From an uncultured Rhodobacterales bacterium (lineage in GTDB: Bacteria > Pseudomonadota > Alphaproteobacteria > Rhodobacterales > Rhodobacteraceae), in assembly GCA_964387155.1 (NCBI GenBank), contig CAYLVP010000001.1, forward strand, positions 14,247-78,246: a stretch of DNA of 64,000 nt, given 5' to 3'. Under the pieces are notes generated by a model that was not told where the DNA came from, made no database searches, and worked only from the letters and a program-made list of their open reading frames with translations. Shown in pieces: positions 14,494-24,920 of the stretch (the first letter of the stretch is position 1; each line of letters starts with the position of its first letter). The translations under genes and the position numbers were made by a program.

Positions 14494-15537
14494 ATGAGCC
14501 GGGTCTATCTGGATCATAATGCGACCACGCCGCTGCGGCCTGAGGCGCGCGCCGCAATGATCGCGGCTATGGATGTGGTGGGAAACCCATCATCGGTCCA
14601 CGCCGAAGGGCGCGCGGCCAAGGGTGTGATCGAGCGGGCGCGGGCGCAGATTTCTGAGGCTTTGGGCGCGTCTGGCGCGGATATTGTGTTTACCTCATCA
14701 GCGACGGAAGCAGCCGCCCTTGCCTGTGCCGGGCGGGGCTTGCATTGCGGAGCGGTCGAGCATGATGCAGTCGCGGCCTGGTGCGCGGATGATCTTGCTG
14801 TTGACGCACAAGGCAAGGTCCACGTGGGGGATCCGGAGGGTGCAGCCATACAGTTGGCCAATAGCGAGACAGGTGTGGTGCAGGATTTGGCCAAAGGCGT
14901 GGCGGTTTGCGACATGACGCAGGCCTTTGGAAGGCTGGCGGTGAGTTTTGCCTGGACGGAGGCCGAGATGGCACTGGTTTCGGCGCATAAGCTGGGCGGG
15001 CCCAAAGGCGTGGGGGCATTGGTATTGCGGCAGGGGCTTGATGTTTCTGCGCAAATCAAAGGCGGTGGTCAGGAGATGGGACGCCGGTCGGGCACCGAAA
15101 ATATCATTGGCATTGCCGGGTTTGGGGCGGCGGCAGAGGCTGCGGCGCGGGATTTGGCGGATGGCGTTTGGGACCGGGTTGCGGACCTTAGAAAGATTCT
15201 AGAAGACACCATTGAGGCCGAAGCGCCGGATACTATCTTCATAGGGAAAGGCGCGGCACGGCTGCCCAACACCAGCTGTTTCGCCACGTCCGGTTGGAAA
15301 GGTGAGACGCAAGTCATGGCGATGGATCTCGCGGGGTTTGCGATCAGTGCGGGCTCGGCCTGTTCCAGCGGCAAGGTCAAGGCCAGCCGGGTCGTGCGGG
15401 CGATGGGGCATGATGAGATGACGGCGGCGAGCACTATCCGGGTCTCGCTGGGGCCGGAGACGACAGAAGATGAGGTGCTGCGCTTTGCGGATGCGTGGCT
15501 GAAGGCGCACAAGAAATTCCAGGCGAAGGCCGCCTGA
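14494..15537 (+). CDS. iscS: Cysteine desulfurase (group I)
   Basis: YLDHNATTP, SAHKLGGPKG (PLP Lys) and SAGSACSSG motifs. Confidence 0.92.
   Translation: MSRVYLDHNATTPLRPEARAAMIAAMDVVGNPSSVHAEGRAAKGVIERARAQISEALGASGADIVFTSSATEAAALACAGRGLHCGAVEHDAVAAWCADDLAVDAQGKVHVGDPEGAAIQLANSETGVVQDLAKGVAVCDMTQAFGRLAVSFAWTEAEMALVSAHKLGGPKGVGALVLRQGLDVSAQIKGGGQEMGRRSGTENIIGIAGFGAAAEAAARDLADGVWDRVADLRKILEDTIEAEAPDTIFIGKGAARLPNTSCFATSGWKGETQVMAMDLAGFAISAGSACSSGKVKASRVVRAMGHDEMTAASTIRVSLGPETTEDEVLRFADAWLKAHKKFQAKAA
15187..15203. promoter_or_regulatory. Intragenic ICE-like (Irr) box within iscS
   Basis: CTTAGAAAGATTCTAGA has 2 mismatches to the ICE consensus and lies about 350 bp upstream of sufB. Confidence 0.55.
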
Positions 15538-15552
15538 ACAGGGAGAACCGAG

Positions 15553-17070
15553 ATGTCACTCGATACCGAAGTCAAAGAAGGCGTCGATCAGGAAACCGTG
15601 GACGCAGTCCGCGAGGTGGGCGGCGCGTATAAATACGGCTGGGAGACAGAGATCGAGATGGATTACGCGCCGATTGGCGTCAATGAAGACATCGTCCGGC
15701 TGATCTCCGAGAAAAACAAAGAACCTGAGTGGATGACCGAGTGGCGGCTGGCGGCATTCGCGCGCTGGAAACAGATGAAGGAGCCGGACTGGGCCATGGT
15801 CGATTACCCAAAGATCGACTATCAGGACATCTATTATTACGCGTCGCCCAAATCCATGGCTGAGAAGCCAAAATCGCTTGATGACGTCGACCCCAAGCTT
15901 TTGGAAACCTACAAGAAGCTTGGCATCCCGCTGAAGGAGCAGATGATCCTGGCGGGCGTCGAAGGGGCTGAGGATATGCCAGCCGAAGGGCGCAAGGTCG
16001 CTGTGGATGCGGTGTTTGACAGTGTTTCAGTCGGGACAACCTTCCAGGCCGAGTTGAAGAAGGCGGGGGTGATGTTTTGTTCTATCTCTGAGGCCATTCA
16101 GGACCATCCCGAGCTGGTCAAGAAATATCTCGGCTCTGTGGTCCCACAATCGGATAATTTCTTTGCGACGCTGAACTCGGCAGTTTTTTCGGACGGGTCT
16201 TTCGTCTATGTGCCGCCGGGGGTGAAATGCCCGATGGAGCTGTCCACTTATTTTCGCATCAATGCCGAGAATACCGGCCAATTTGAGCGGACGCTGATCA
16301 TCGCCGACAAGGGCTCTTACGTGTCCTATCTGGAGGGGTGCACCGCGCCCATGCGCGACACCAACCAGCTGCACGCGGCGGTGGTGGAGCTGGTGCTGCT
16401 CGATGATGCGGAGATCAAATATTCCACCGTCCAGAACTGGTATCCCGGCGACGAAGACGGCAAGGGTGGCATTTATAACTTCGTGACCAAACGCGCCGAT
16501 TGCCGGGGCGCGCGCTCCAAAGTGATGTGGACGCAGGTGGAGACCGGCTCGGCCGTGACGTGGAAATATCCAAGCTGCATCCTGCGCGGCGATGACAGCC
16601 AGGGGGAGTTTTACTCCATCGCGATTGCCAACAACATGCAGCAGGCCGATACCGGCACCAAGATGGTGCATCTGGGCAAGAACACCAAGTCGCGGATCGT
16701 CTCCAAAGGCATCTCGGCGGGCAAGGCGCAGAACACCTATCGCGGGCTCGTATCTATGCACCCGCGCGCCAAAGACTCGCGCAACTACACCCAGTGTGAC
16801 TCGTTGCTGATCGGCGACAAATGCGGGGCGCATACGGTGCCTTATATCGAGGTGAAGAATAACTCCTCCCGGGTCGAGCATGAGGCGACGACCTCCAAAG
16901 TGGATGACGACCAGCTCTTTTATTGCCGTCAACGCGGCATGGATGAGGAGGAGGCCGTGGCCTTGGTGGTTAACGGTTTCTGCAAGGAGGTCCTGCAAGC
17001 CCTGCCGATGGAGTTCGCCATGGAGGCCCAAGCGCTGGTCGCGATCTCGCTTGAGGGGAGCGTGGGGTAG
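15553..17070 (+). CDS. sufB: Fe-S cluster assembly protein SufB
   Basis: [28 protein letters not shown] and EHEATTSK motifs. Confidence 0.98.
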   Translation: MSLDTEVKEGVDQETVDAVREVGGAYKYGWETEIEMDYAPIGVNEDIVRLISEKNKEPEWMTEWRLAAFARWKQMKEPDWAMVDYPKIDYQDIYYYASPKSMAEKPKSLDDVDPKLLETYKKLGIPLKEQMILAGVEGAEDMPAEGRKVAVDAVFDSVSVGTTFQAELKKAGVMFCSISEAIQDHPELVKKYLGSVVPQSDNFFATLNSAVFSDGSFVYVPPGVKCPMELSTYFRINAENTGQFERTLIIADKGSYVSYLEGCTAPMRDTNQLHAAVVELVLLDDAEIKYSTVQNWYPGDEDGKGGIYNFVTKRADCRGARSKVMWTQVETGSAVTWKYPSCILRGDDSQGEFYSIAIANNMQQADTGTKMVHLGKNTKSRIVSKGISAGKAQNTYRGLVSMHPRAKDSRNYTQCDSLLIGDKCGAHTVPYIEVKNNSSRVEHEATTSKVDDDQLFYCRQRGMDEEEAVALVVNGFCKEVLQALPMEFAMEAQALVAISLEGSVG

Positions 17071-17136
17071 GTTCTGCCGCACGAACCGTTCTAAAGGTTT
17101 TATCATGGGGCTTTCTGAAAAGATTGAGGTCTAGAT

Positions 17137-17463
17137 ATGGAAAGACTAGTGATTGAGGGATTGCCCCAAGAGCAGGTTGCAGCTTTGCTGGAGGTGATCG
17201 CCAGCCATTTCGATAACATTCCTTTTGTGGTTGTGCGCACAATGAACGGTCAACTCGGCCTTCGTGATCCGCGGCAAGACACCATGGGTTCAAATCATCT
17301 GTTGGATTTCGCTACCGTCAGCTTGGTTGCGGGCGAAGAAAGGCCCTTCGAATATATCGTCAAGCACTCGGATGGGGTTACACGGCTTCAGGACGCAAGT
17401 ACGACAATTGCGCTTTTGGAAAGCCTTGTCCGCTCAGAGCATAGAATGCGGCAACCGCAATGA
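17137..17463 (+). CDS. Hypothetical protein inserted in the suf operon
   Basis: GAGG RBS; ATGA coupling to the next gene; AT-richer codons than the flanks. Confidence 0.6.
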   Translation: MERLVIEGLPQEQVAALLEVIASHFDNIPFVVVRTMNGQLGLRDPRQDTMGSNHLLDFATVSLVAGEERPFEYIVKHSDGVTRLQDASTTIALLESLVRSEHRMRQPQ

Positions 17464-17774
17464 TCGCCACAACCACAAACAACATCGAGGGCCACCGGAT
17501 CACCGCCTATCACGGCATTGTCGTGGGGGAAGCGATCATGGGGGCGAATGTGGTGCGCGATCTTTTCGCACAGGTGACCGATATCGTGGGCGGGCGCTCG
17601 GGCGCTTATGAGGCCAAGCTGCAAGACGCGCGCGACACGGCCATGGGTGAGCTGCAAGACCGGGCGAGGGCCATGGGGGCCAATGCGGTTGTCGGCATTG
17701 ACCTCGATTACGAGGTGGTCGGGCAGTCCATGTTGATGGTGTCGGCCTCCGGCACGGCGGTCACCATCGAATGA
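17460..17774 (+). CDS. ybjQ: YbjQ/UPF0145 putative heavy-metal-binding protein
   Basis: [12 protein letters not shown]...[11 protein letters not shown]...GANAVVG...[11 protein letters not shown]. Confidence 0.9.
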   Translation: MIATTTNNIEGHRITAYHGIVVGEAIMGANVVRDLFAQVTDIVGGRSGAYEAKLQDARDTAMGELQDRARAMGANAVVGIDLDYEVVGQSMLMVSASGTAVTIE

Positions 17775-18496
17775 CGCAGCAGGGGGCAGATATCGCGCCC
17801 GCGCCGGAGATTTTCTCCGGGGTTGACGTCGTGGCTTGCTCCATTGAGGGCAGACGCATGCTCTTTGCTGTCGATATGGAAAACGACCCCATTCAGCGCA
17901 ATCACCGGTTGGGGCGGTTCTATGAGCCAAAAGAGCTGCGGTTGATCAGCCGTTGGTTTCCCAAGGGCGGCGTCTTCGTGGATATTGGGGCGAATGTGGG
18001 CAATCACAGCCTCTATGTGGCGCGGTATCTGCAACCTGCGGCGATCATCCCGTTTGAGCCAAACCCGTTGGCATTCAAGCTGTTACGCACAAATGTTCAC
18101 CTCAACGGCTTCACCGACCTGTTCGACCTGCGCCATCTTGGATTGGGCGTGTCGTCCAAAGCCGCCTCCGGCTATGCCATGCAAAAGCGGGAAAAGAACC
18201 TGGGCGGGGCAAAGATGCTGGAAGGCGAAGGCGATATTGATGTGCGGCCCGGAGATGATCTGTTGCGCGGCGTGGCCCCCTCGATGATCAAGATCGACGT
18301 GGAGGGGATGGAGATGGACGTGCTCGAAGGGCTCGACGCCACGATCATCACCCACGCGCCGACGCTCATGGTCGAGGTGGACGAAGTGAACGCCGAACGC
18401 TTCGAGGCCTGGGTCGAGGATCGCGGATACAAAATTCAGCGCCGCTTGCGGCATTACAAGACCAACGAGAATTATTTTGTCGTGCCAAAGCCCTGA
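17771..18496 (+). CDS. FkbM-family methyltransferase
   Basis: [16 protein letters not shown] and KIDVEGME motifs. Confidence 0.9.
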   Translation: MTQQGADIAPAPEIFSGVDVVACSIEGRRMLFAVDMENDPIQRNHRLGRFYEPKELRLISRWFPKGGVFVDIGANVGNHSLYVARYLQPAAIIPFEPNPLAFKLLRTNVHLNGFTDLFDLRHLGLGVSSKAASGYAMQKREKNLGGAKMLEGEGDIDVRPGDDLLRGVAPSMIKIDVEGMEMDVLEGLDATIITHAPTLMVEVDEVNAERFEAWVEDRGYKIQRRLRHYKTNENYFVVPKP

Positions 18497-18558
18497 CCGG
18501 CGCGGCCCCACACGGAAACACTGCATGCGCGACGCATGCTGCACAGAGGAAGACAGAA

Positions 18559-19314
18559 ATGCTTGAGATCAAAGGGTTGGCCGTCGGGCTGGAAGAGGAA
18601 GAGAAGCAGATTCTCAAAGGTGTGGACCTCAAGATTGGCGCAGGCGAAGTGCATGCGATCATGGGGCCCAACGGCTCGGGCAAATCGACGCTGTCTTACG
18701 TGCTCTCAGGCAAGGACGGCTATGAGGTCACCGGCGGCGAGGCCACGCTGAACGGCGAGGATATCCTGGATATGGAGCCTGAAGAACGCGCCGCGGCCGG
18801 GCTGTTTCTGGCCTTCCAATACCCGGTCGAGATTCCCGGTGTGGGCAACATGACCTTCCTGCGCACGGCCGTGAATGCCCAGCGCAAGGCGCGCGGCGAG
18901 GAGGAACTGTCGGCCGGCGAATTTCTCAAGATCATCCGCGCCAAGGCGAAAGAGCTGGAGATTGACGCTGATATGCTCAAGCGCCCCGTGAATGTGGGCT
19001 TCTCGGGCGGCGAGAAAAAGCGCAATGAGATTCTGCAGATGGCGATGCTTGAGCCCAAGATGTGCATTCTGGACGAAACGGATTCGGGCCTCGATGTGGA
19101 CGCGATGAAACTGGTCTCTCACGGGGTGAATGCGTTGCGCGATGCGGGGCGGTCTTTTCTGGTGATCACCCACTACCAACGGCTTCTGGACCACATCAAA
19201 CCGGATGTCGTGCATATCATGGCGGGTGGCAAAATCATCAAATCCGGCGGGCCGGAGCTTGCGCTGGAAGTTGAAAATAACGGCTATGCCGATCTTTTGG
19301 CAGAGGTCGCCTGA
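18559..19314 (+). CDS. sufC: Fe-S assembly ATPase SufC
   Basis: GPNGSGKST, FSGGEKKR, LDETDSGLD and ITHYQR motifs. Confidence 0.98.
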   Translation: MLEIKGLAVGLEEEEKQILKGVDLKIGAGEVHAIMGPNGSGKSTLSYVLSGKDGYEVTGGEATLNGEDILDMEPEERAAAGLFLAFQYPVEIPGVGNMTFLRTAVNAQRKARGEEELSAGEFLKIIRAKAKELEIDADMLKRPVNVGFSGGEKKRNEILQMAMLEPKMCILDETDSGLDVDAMKLVSHGVNALRDAGRSFLVITHYQRLLDHIKPDVVHIMAGGKIIKSGGPELALEVENNGYADLLAEVA

Positions 19315-20591
19315 TGTCGGTTGCAGATGCAAATACGGCACCTACGGCGCTGGACGCGTTGAGGGTGGATGGCACGGGGTGGGCCGCAGATGCGCGCAGC
19401 TCCGCGCTTGCGAGACTGCGCGCGATGGGCCTGCCCACGAAGCGCGACGAGTATTGGCGCTACACCGATCCTTCCACTTTGACATCGCAGGACGCGCCGC
19501 AGGCGGCCCTATTTGATGCGGGCGAGAAGCCGTTATTTGACGATGTGGACCGGCTGAAGATCGTGTTCGTTGACGGTGTCTTTGACGCCGACGCCTCGGA
19601 TGATCTGAGCTTGGAAAATGTCGAGATCTCGCGGCTGGCAGAGACCGCCTCTGCCGATATTCACTGGGCCAAAACCCTCTACGGAACGCTGGAGGCCAAC
19701 GGGCAAGACCCTGTTGAACGCCCATTGGCTGCGCTGAACACCGCGCTTGCCACTGATGGCGTGCTGATCCGTGTGACGGGCAAGGTCAGCAGACCGGTCA
19801 GCCTGATTTATCGCCATAAATCAGAAAGCTCCGACGCGATCTTGCATCATGTGATCAAGGTGGAGCAGGGCGGTGACCTGACCCTGACCGAGAACGGCCC
19901 GGCTGCGGCCCGGTTCAACAAGGTGATGGAGGTCGACATTGCCGATGGCGCGGGTTTCCACCATGTCCGCGCCCAGGGCCGCGACCATGAACGCCGCGCC
20001 GTGACCCATACATTTGCGCGTCTGGGCAAGGAAAGCACATTCAAATCCTTCACCTTGACCGCAAATGGGGTGCTCACGCGCAACGAATGCATAATCGAGC
20101 TGACGGGCGATGACGCTGTGGCGACCGTGGCCGGTGCAGCTGTGGGCGACGGGGTGTTTCACCATGATGACACGGTTTTCATCACCCATGACGCGGTGAA
20201 TTGCGAAAGCCGGCAGGTTTTCAAGAAGGTGCTCCGCAATGGGGCCGTTGGCGTGTTTCAAGGCAAAATCCTGGTGAAGGAGGGCGCGCAAAAGACGGAC
20301 GGGTATCAGATCAGCCAGTCGCTGCTTTTGGATGATGACAGCCAGTTCCTGGCCAAACCGGAGCTTGAGATCTACGCCGATGATGTGGCTTGTAGCCACG
20401 GCTCCACCTCCGGCGCGATCGATGAGGATGCGCTGTTTTACCTGCAGTCGCGCGGCGTCCCTTTGAAACAGGCGCAGGACCTGCTGGTCCTGGCTTTCTT
20501 GGCGGAGGCGCTGGAAGAGGTCGAGCGCGAAGAGCTGGCGGAAGAGCTGTTGCACCGGCTCGAAGACTGGCTGGCGCGGCGCAGCGGGTAA
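19314..20591 (+). CDS. sufD: Fe-S assembly protein SufD
   Basis: EYWRYT, KPELEIYADDVACSHG and LFYLQSRG motifs. Confidence 0.96.
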   Translation: MSVADANTAPTALDALRVDGTGWAADARSSALARLRAMGLPTKRDEYWRYTDPSTLTSQDAPQAALFDAGEKPLFDDVDRLKIVFVDGVFDADASDDLSLENVEISRLAETASADIHWAKTLYGTLEANGQDPVERPLAALNTALATDGVLIRVTGKVSRPVSLIYRHKSESSDAILHHVIKVEQGGDLTLTENGPAAARFNKVMEVDIADGAGFHHVRAQGRDHERRAVTHTFARLGKESTFKSFTLTANGVLTRNECIIELTGDDAVATVAGAAVGDGVFHHDDTVFITHDAVNCESRQVFKKVLRNGAVGVFQGKILVKEGAQKTDGYQISQSLLLDDDSQFLAKPELEIYADDVACSHGSTSGAIDEDALFYLQSRGVPLKQAQDLLVLAFLAEALEEVEREELAEELLHRLEDWLARRSG

Positions 20592-20592
20592 G

Positions 20593-21102
20593 ATGTCGAC
20601 GGTTACTGCCATATTGCGCACCTACCGGGCGCCACGCACTGTCATGGCGACCCACCGGGCGGCGGGGGCGGATGAGGCTTCCGGGCTGACATGGCTCTTT
20701 GTGGCCTGCATCCTGTTCTTCGTGGCCCGCCTGCCGGAGGTCGCGCGACAATCGCATCTCGCAAGCCTCGAGGGGGTCGACACGCCGGTGGCAAGCCTGG
20801 CCTTGCCGCTGTTTTACGGCACGGTGCTATTGGCGCCGCTGATGTTTCTGCTGATTGCGGCGCTGTCCCATCTGGTCGCGCGGGTTTTCGGCGGTAAGGG
20901 GACGTGGCGCGGGGCGCGCCTGGCCCTGTTCTGGGCGCTTTTGTGCACCGCGCCATTCGTGCTGCTGCAAGGTCTGATTGCGGGGTTCATCGGGCCCGGC
21001 GGCGCGCTGACGGCAGCATCATTTCTGGCGTTTGCGGTCTTTGTCGTGCTTTGGATGTCCTGCCTGATCGAGATGGAACGCCACCCGGAGGTTGCCGCAT
21101 GA
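20593..21102 (+). CDS. Yip1-family membrane protein
   Basis: Multiple TM helices, FGGKGTW..ARLALFW; typical sufD-sufS interval gene. Confidence 0.75.
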   Translation: MSTVTAILRTYRAPRTVMATHRAAGADEASGLTWLFVACILFFVARLPEVARQSHLASLEGVDTPVASLALPLFYGTVLLAPLMFLLIAALSHLVARVFGGKGTWRGARLALFWALLCTAPFVLLQGLIAGFIGPGGALTAASFLAFAVFVVLWMSCLIEMERHPEVAA

Positions 21103-21695
21103 GGGAAGAGCTGATCCGCCTGACACTGCTGACGTTGCAGACGCCGGGTGCCGGGGCAAAGGCGGTTTTGACCAAGGCCTACCCAAGGGAGTTTCTGTGG
21201 GCGCTGCTGGGCCTGGCGACGATCCTATCGGTTCTGATGGTGCAGGTGATGCGCTACGCCTTCCCGCAGCCCGAGGATGCGGCGCCGCTTATGCCCTTCC
21301 AAAGCTCGCCGGTTCTGTTTGCTCTGATCATGTGGGGCAGCCTCGTTCTGATGGTGTTCTGCGTCTACTATATCGGCCGGGCGTTTGGCGGGACGGGCAG
21401 CTTTCAGGACAGTCTGACAGCGGTGATCTGGCTGCAATTCCTGCTTATGGTCTCTCAGGTTCTGCAGTTCCTGATCGCGACCGTCTCGATGGGTCTGGCA
21501 GCCCTTTTGGGGATCGGTTTTCTGGTCTACTGGATCTGGATATTCGCAACATTCGTGGCGGTCCTGCATGCGTTTGAGAACCGTGCCGTCGTGCTGGGCG
21601 GTATGTTTGCGGCCTTGATGGGCGTGATGATGGGCCTGAGCCTGATCACCTCGCTGATCGCAATTCTGTTCGGGGTGGAGATGCCCAATGCTTGA
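21099..21695 (+). CDS. Yip1-family membrane protein
   Basis: About 5 TM helices, GRAFGGTGSF; ATGA overlap with the upstream gene. Confidence 0.75.
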   Translation: MREELIRLTLLTLQTPGAGAKAVLTKAYPREFLWALLGLATILSVLMVQVMRYAFPQPEDAAPLMPFQSSPVLFALIMWGSLVLMVFCVYYIGRAFGGTGSFQDSLTAVIWLQFLLMVSQVLQFLIATVSMGLAALLGIGFLVYWIWIFATFVAVLHAFENRAVVLGGMFAALMGVMMGLSLITSLIAILFGVEMPNA

Positions 21696-22923
21696 AACTG
21701 TGTCCTACGATGTCGCCGCGATCCGCGCCGATTTCCCGATCCTGTCGCGGGAGGTGAATGGCAAGCCGCTGGTCTATCTCGACAATGGGGCATCAGCGCA
21801 AAAGCCGCAGGTGGTCATCGACGCGATCACCACGGCCTATAGCCATGAATACGCCAATGTGCACCGGGGCCTGCATTACCTGTCCAACGTCGCGACCGAG
21901 AAATATGAGGCGGTGCGCGGTGTCATCGCGCGGTTTCTCAATGCCAAATCCGAGGATGAGATCGTCCTGAATTCCGGCACCACCGAGGGGATCAACATGG
22001 TCGCCTATGGTTGGGCCATGCCCCGGATGGAGCGGGGCGATCAGATTATCCTCAGCGTGATGGAGCATCACGCCAATATCGTGCCGTGGCACTTCCTGCG
22101 CGAGCGGCTGGGGGTAGAACTCGTCTGGGTGGATGTCGACGCCAATGGCGACCTGGCGCCCGAAAAGGTTCTCGACGCGATCACCGACCGGACCAAACTG
22201 ATCGCGATCACGCATCTGTCCAATGTTCTGGGCACCCATATCGATGTGAAAACCATTTGCGAGGGCGCCCATGCCAAGGCTGTGCCGGTACTGGTCGACG
22301 GCTCGCAGGCCGCGGTGCACATGCCGGTCGATGTGCAGGATTTGGGCTGCGACTTCTATGCTGTCACGGGCCATAAGCTTTATGGGCCGTCCGGCTCTGG
22401 CGCGATCTACTGCAAGGCGGACCGGTTGGCCGAGATGCGCCCCTTCATGGGCGGTGGTGACATGATCCGCGAGGTCCATAAGGAGATGGTCACCTATAAC
22501 GACCCGCCGATGATGTTCGAAGCTGGCACGCCGGGCATTGTGCAGACCATCGGGCTGGGCGTCGCGCTGGAATATATGATGGGCGTGGGCATGGACAAGA
22601 TCGCAGCCCATGAGCGAAAGCTGCGCGACTATGCGCGCACCCGGCTGGACGGGCTTAATTGGCTCAATGTGCAGGGCCAGTCGGCGGGCAAGGCGGCCAT
22701 CTTCTCCTTCACCTTGGAAGGGGCCGCGCATGCGCATGATATCTCGACCGTGCTGGACAAGCGCGGTGTGGCCGTGCGGGCGGGCCACCATTGCGCCCAA
22801 CCCCTGATGGAGCATCTGGGCGTCAACGCCACCTGCCGCGCGTCTTTCGGGATGTATAATACCGAGGCCGAGGTCGATGTGCTTGTCGACGCTTTGGAGC
22901 TCTGCCACGAGCTGTTTGCATAA
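21688..22923 (+). CDS. sufS: Cysteine desulfurase SufS (group II)
   Basis: YLDNGASAQKP, TGHKLYGP and RAGHHCAQP motifs. Confidence 0.96.
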   Translation: MLETVSYDVAAIRADFPILSREVNGKPLVYLDNGASAQKPQVVIDAITTAYSHEYANVHRGLHYLSNVATEKYEAVRGVIARFLNAKSEDEIVLNSGTTEGINMVAYGWAMPRMERGDQIILSVMEHHANIVPWHFLRERLGVELVWVDVDANGDLAPEKVLDAITDRTKLIAITHLSNVLGTHIDVKTICEGAHAKAVPVLVDGSQAAVHMPVDVQDLGCDFYAVTGHKLYGPSGSGAIYCKADRLAEMRPFMGGGDMIREVHKEMVTYNDPPMMFEAGTPGIVQTIGLGVALEYMMGVGMDKIAAHERKLRDYARTRLDGLNWLNVQGQSAGKAAIFSFTLEGAAHAHDISTVLDKRGVAVRAGHHCAQPLMEHLGVNATCRASFGMYNTEAEVDVLVDALELCHELFA

Positions 22924-22947
22924 CGCCCGCGGCAGAGGCTGTTGTCT

Positions 22948-24471
22948 TTACCCGTTGAACAGGGAGTCCCGGTTCGGCAGCTCGCGGTGCCCTTCAACGA
23001 ATTTGATCAGATGGGACATGGTCATATCCTTGCCGCCAAAGCCTTTATAGGGCTCGAACTCGTCGAGGATATGATAGACGCTCATCGGATCCTGCCGCAG
23101 CAGGTTGATGATAGTGCCCGCCACGATCCGTCCGCCGACACCGTCCAGCTTGCCCTGACCGCTCTTTTTCGCCTCTTCGAGACAGTAGAACCACAGCGGC
23201 GTCCGGGTGATCCCTGCTTTGGCGAGGATCGGTGGCACGGGCAACCGGTGCGTGCGGAAGCGTGCCGACAGGGTCTGGCCTGATTCCAGCGAGAAGGCGA
23301 ACCGGTCGCGCAGGATATTGCGCAGCCCGAGATTGGCGCGATGCGGGTGTTTCACCGTCACGCCGGGGAAGTCCTGGAAGGTGATGTCATCACTCACGAA
23401 GGGCAAGGTGAACAGCTCATCCGCCATCCCCAACCCAACGGGGCGTGCGGGGTCTGCGTCAGGTCCAAAGAACGCGCCAAAATCAGTGATGTTGAACTTC
23501 GTATCGCGCGGACCAAATCCCTGGGCCTCGAAGAGCTTGATGCGCTCCGTGCCGGGGTTCAGCCGGTAGGTGGGCTGCACCGTGGCGTGGCCAAAACGGA
23601 ACCCGGCCACGGAGAATTCGACAGGCATGATCGGCGCGTCGTCGGGATAGGTGCTGCCTTTGGCTGCGTGGATCGCCTCGTCGGTGACAAAGGCGGGCAG
23701 GAACCGTTTGAGCACCAGCCATTGGTAATGCAGCCGGATGAAGCGCCGCACCTCTTCGAAGCTGCGGAACTTGGGCACCACCGTATCCTTCCAGACATGA
23801 GGATCGACCCCCATCTGGGCGCAATGCTCAATGTCCGACTTCATCTTGCCGCCTTTGAACACCTCGGCCATCAGGATGTTATGCAGGCAGATGAACACGC
23901 CCTGAAGCTGGCTGAGGAAGATGTTTTCGTCATTGCGGTGGTCGCCGATCAGGGCCGCACCAGACGCGGTCCGTGCCAGATCAAGCGTGTTGTCCTTCCG
24001 GCCAAAGACCAGAAACTCGCCATGTTCTTCCTTGCCGACTTTCAGCCTGCCATAAAGATGCGGCGAGGCCTCGGGCCCGTCACCATAGACGCAATCGAGA
24101 TCCAGGTTTGGTGTGCGCACATTGCGCACGGCGCGCGGATCAATTCTGGTGCCGATGGCGGATGTGGCATCCAGCGTCACGTCATGGTCGATGAACTGGC
24201 CGAAAAATGTCATCCCGGCTTCGGCCGCCTTACCGGTGCTCGCGTTCTCGGCTTTGATTGAGTGAAGCAGCTTGACATAGAGGTCGATCAGCTTGTCGTA
24301 GTCGCGGTCTTCCTTGTCCTTGTGTTCTTCCCAGACGAGCGGCTCTTTGGCGTCGTCACCAAACAGCCTGCCGAAACTTTGCGGCAGCACATCTGCATTT
24401 GTCGCGCCGCCTTCGGCGCATGCTTTTGTAAAGAGATCAAAACGGGTCAACCCGTGATGGAGCGTAGCCAT
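22948..24471 (-). CDS. Heme peroxidase, peroxidase-cyclooxygenase (animal haem peroxidase) superfamily
   Basis: Distal GQFIDHD, GDHRNDEN, proximal FRFGH, TPLWFY..EA and GGRIVA motifs. Confidence 0.85.
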   Translation of the reverse strand: MATLHHGLTRFDLFTKACAEGGATNADVLPQSFGRLFGDDAKEPLVWEEHKDKEDRDYDKLIDLYVKLLHSIKAENASTGKAAEAGMTFFGQFIDHDVTLDATSAIGTRIDPRAVRNVRTPNLDLDCVYGDGPEASPHLYGRLKVGKEEHGEFLVFGRKDNTLDLARTASGAALIGDHRNDENIFLSQLQGVFICLHNILMAEVFKGGKMKSDIEHCAQMGVDPHVWKDTVVPKFRSFEEVRRFIRLHYQWLVLKRFLPAFVTDEAIHAAKGSTYPDDAPIMPVEFSVAGFRFGHATVQPTYRLNPGTERIKLFEAQGFGPRDTKFNITDFGAFFGPDADPARPVGLGMADELFTLPFVSDDITFQDFPGVTVKHPHRANLGLRNILRDRFAFSLESGQTLSARFRTHRLPVPPILAKAGITRTPLWFYCLEEAKKSGQGKLDGVGGRIVAGTIINLLRQDPMSVYHILDEFEPYKGFGGKDMTMSHLIKFVEGHRELPNRDSLFNG

Positions 24472-24609
24472 ACGTTATCCTTTAACTATGTAACAAAGAC
24501 CCTAAAAATATAGTGGGTCATTTTCTGAAATGTCTTAAACGACAAGACAACGTTAACACAAAAAAGGGGTTCGGGAAACCCGGTTGGGCAGGCACGCGTC
24601 AAAACGGCG

Positions 24610-24638
24610 TTGAAAGCCCCCGGCCAAGCCCGTATAGG
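24610..24638 (+). promoter_or_regulatory. sigma70-type promoter of tRNA-Arg
   Basis: TTGAAA-17 bp-TATAGG ending 10 bp before the tRNA. Confidence 0.6.
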
Positions 24639-24644
24639 CAAAGG

Positions 24645-24725
<81 letters not shown>

Positions 24726-24920
24726 TACACCAAATCGGTATAGGCCCAGCCCCCTGATCCGCGCCTGTTAGGTGTAATTTCCGCTCCACTTTCCACCCAA
24801 GACGCCCCCGTCAGGCGCCGGTGCCCATTTCAAAGGCGGAATTTGGCCTGTGGCACCAAGCAGCGCGATTTGACATGGGCCAAGCCGTCTCGTGACGATT
24901 TCGGGATGCAATGGTCAAGC

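Noticed and set aside
24531-24556. TGTCTT-N7-AAGACA dyad and two TTAA as a CtrA box upstream of the peroxidase
   Set aside because: TTAA spacing is 14 rather than 7, and the dyad is too short to support a call.
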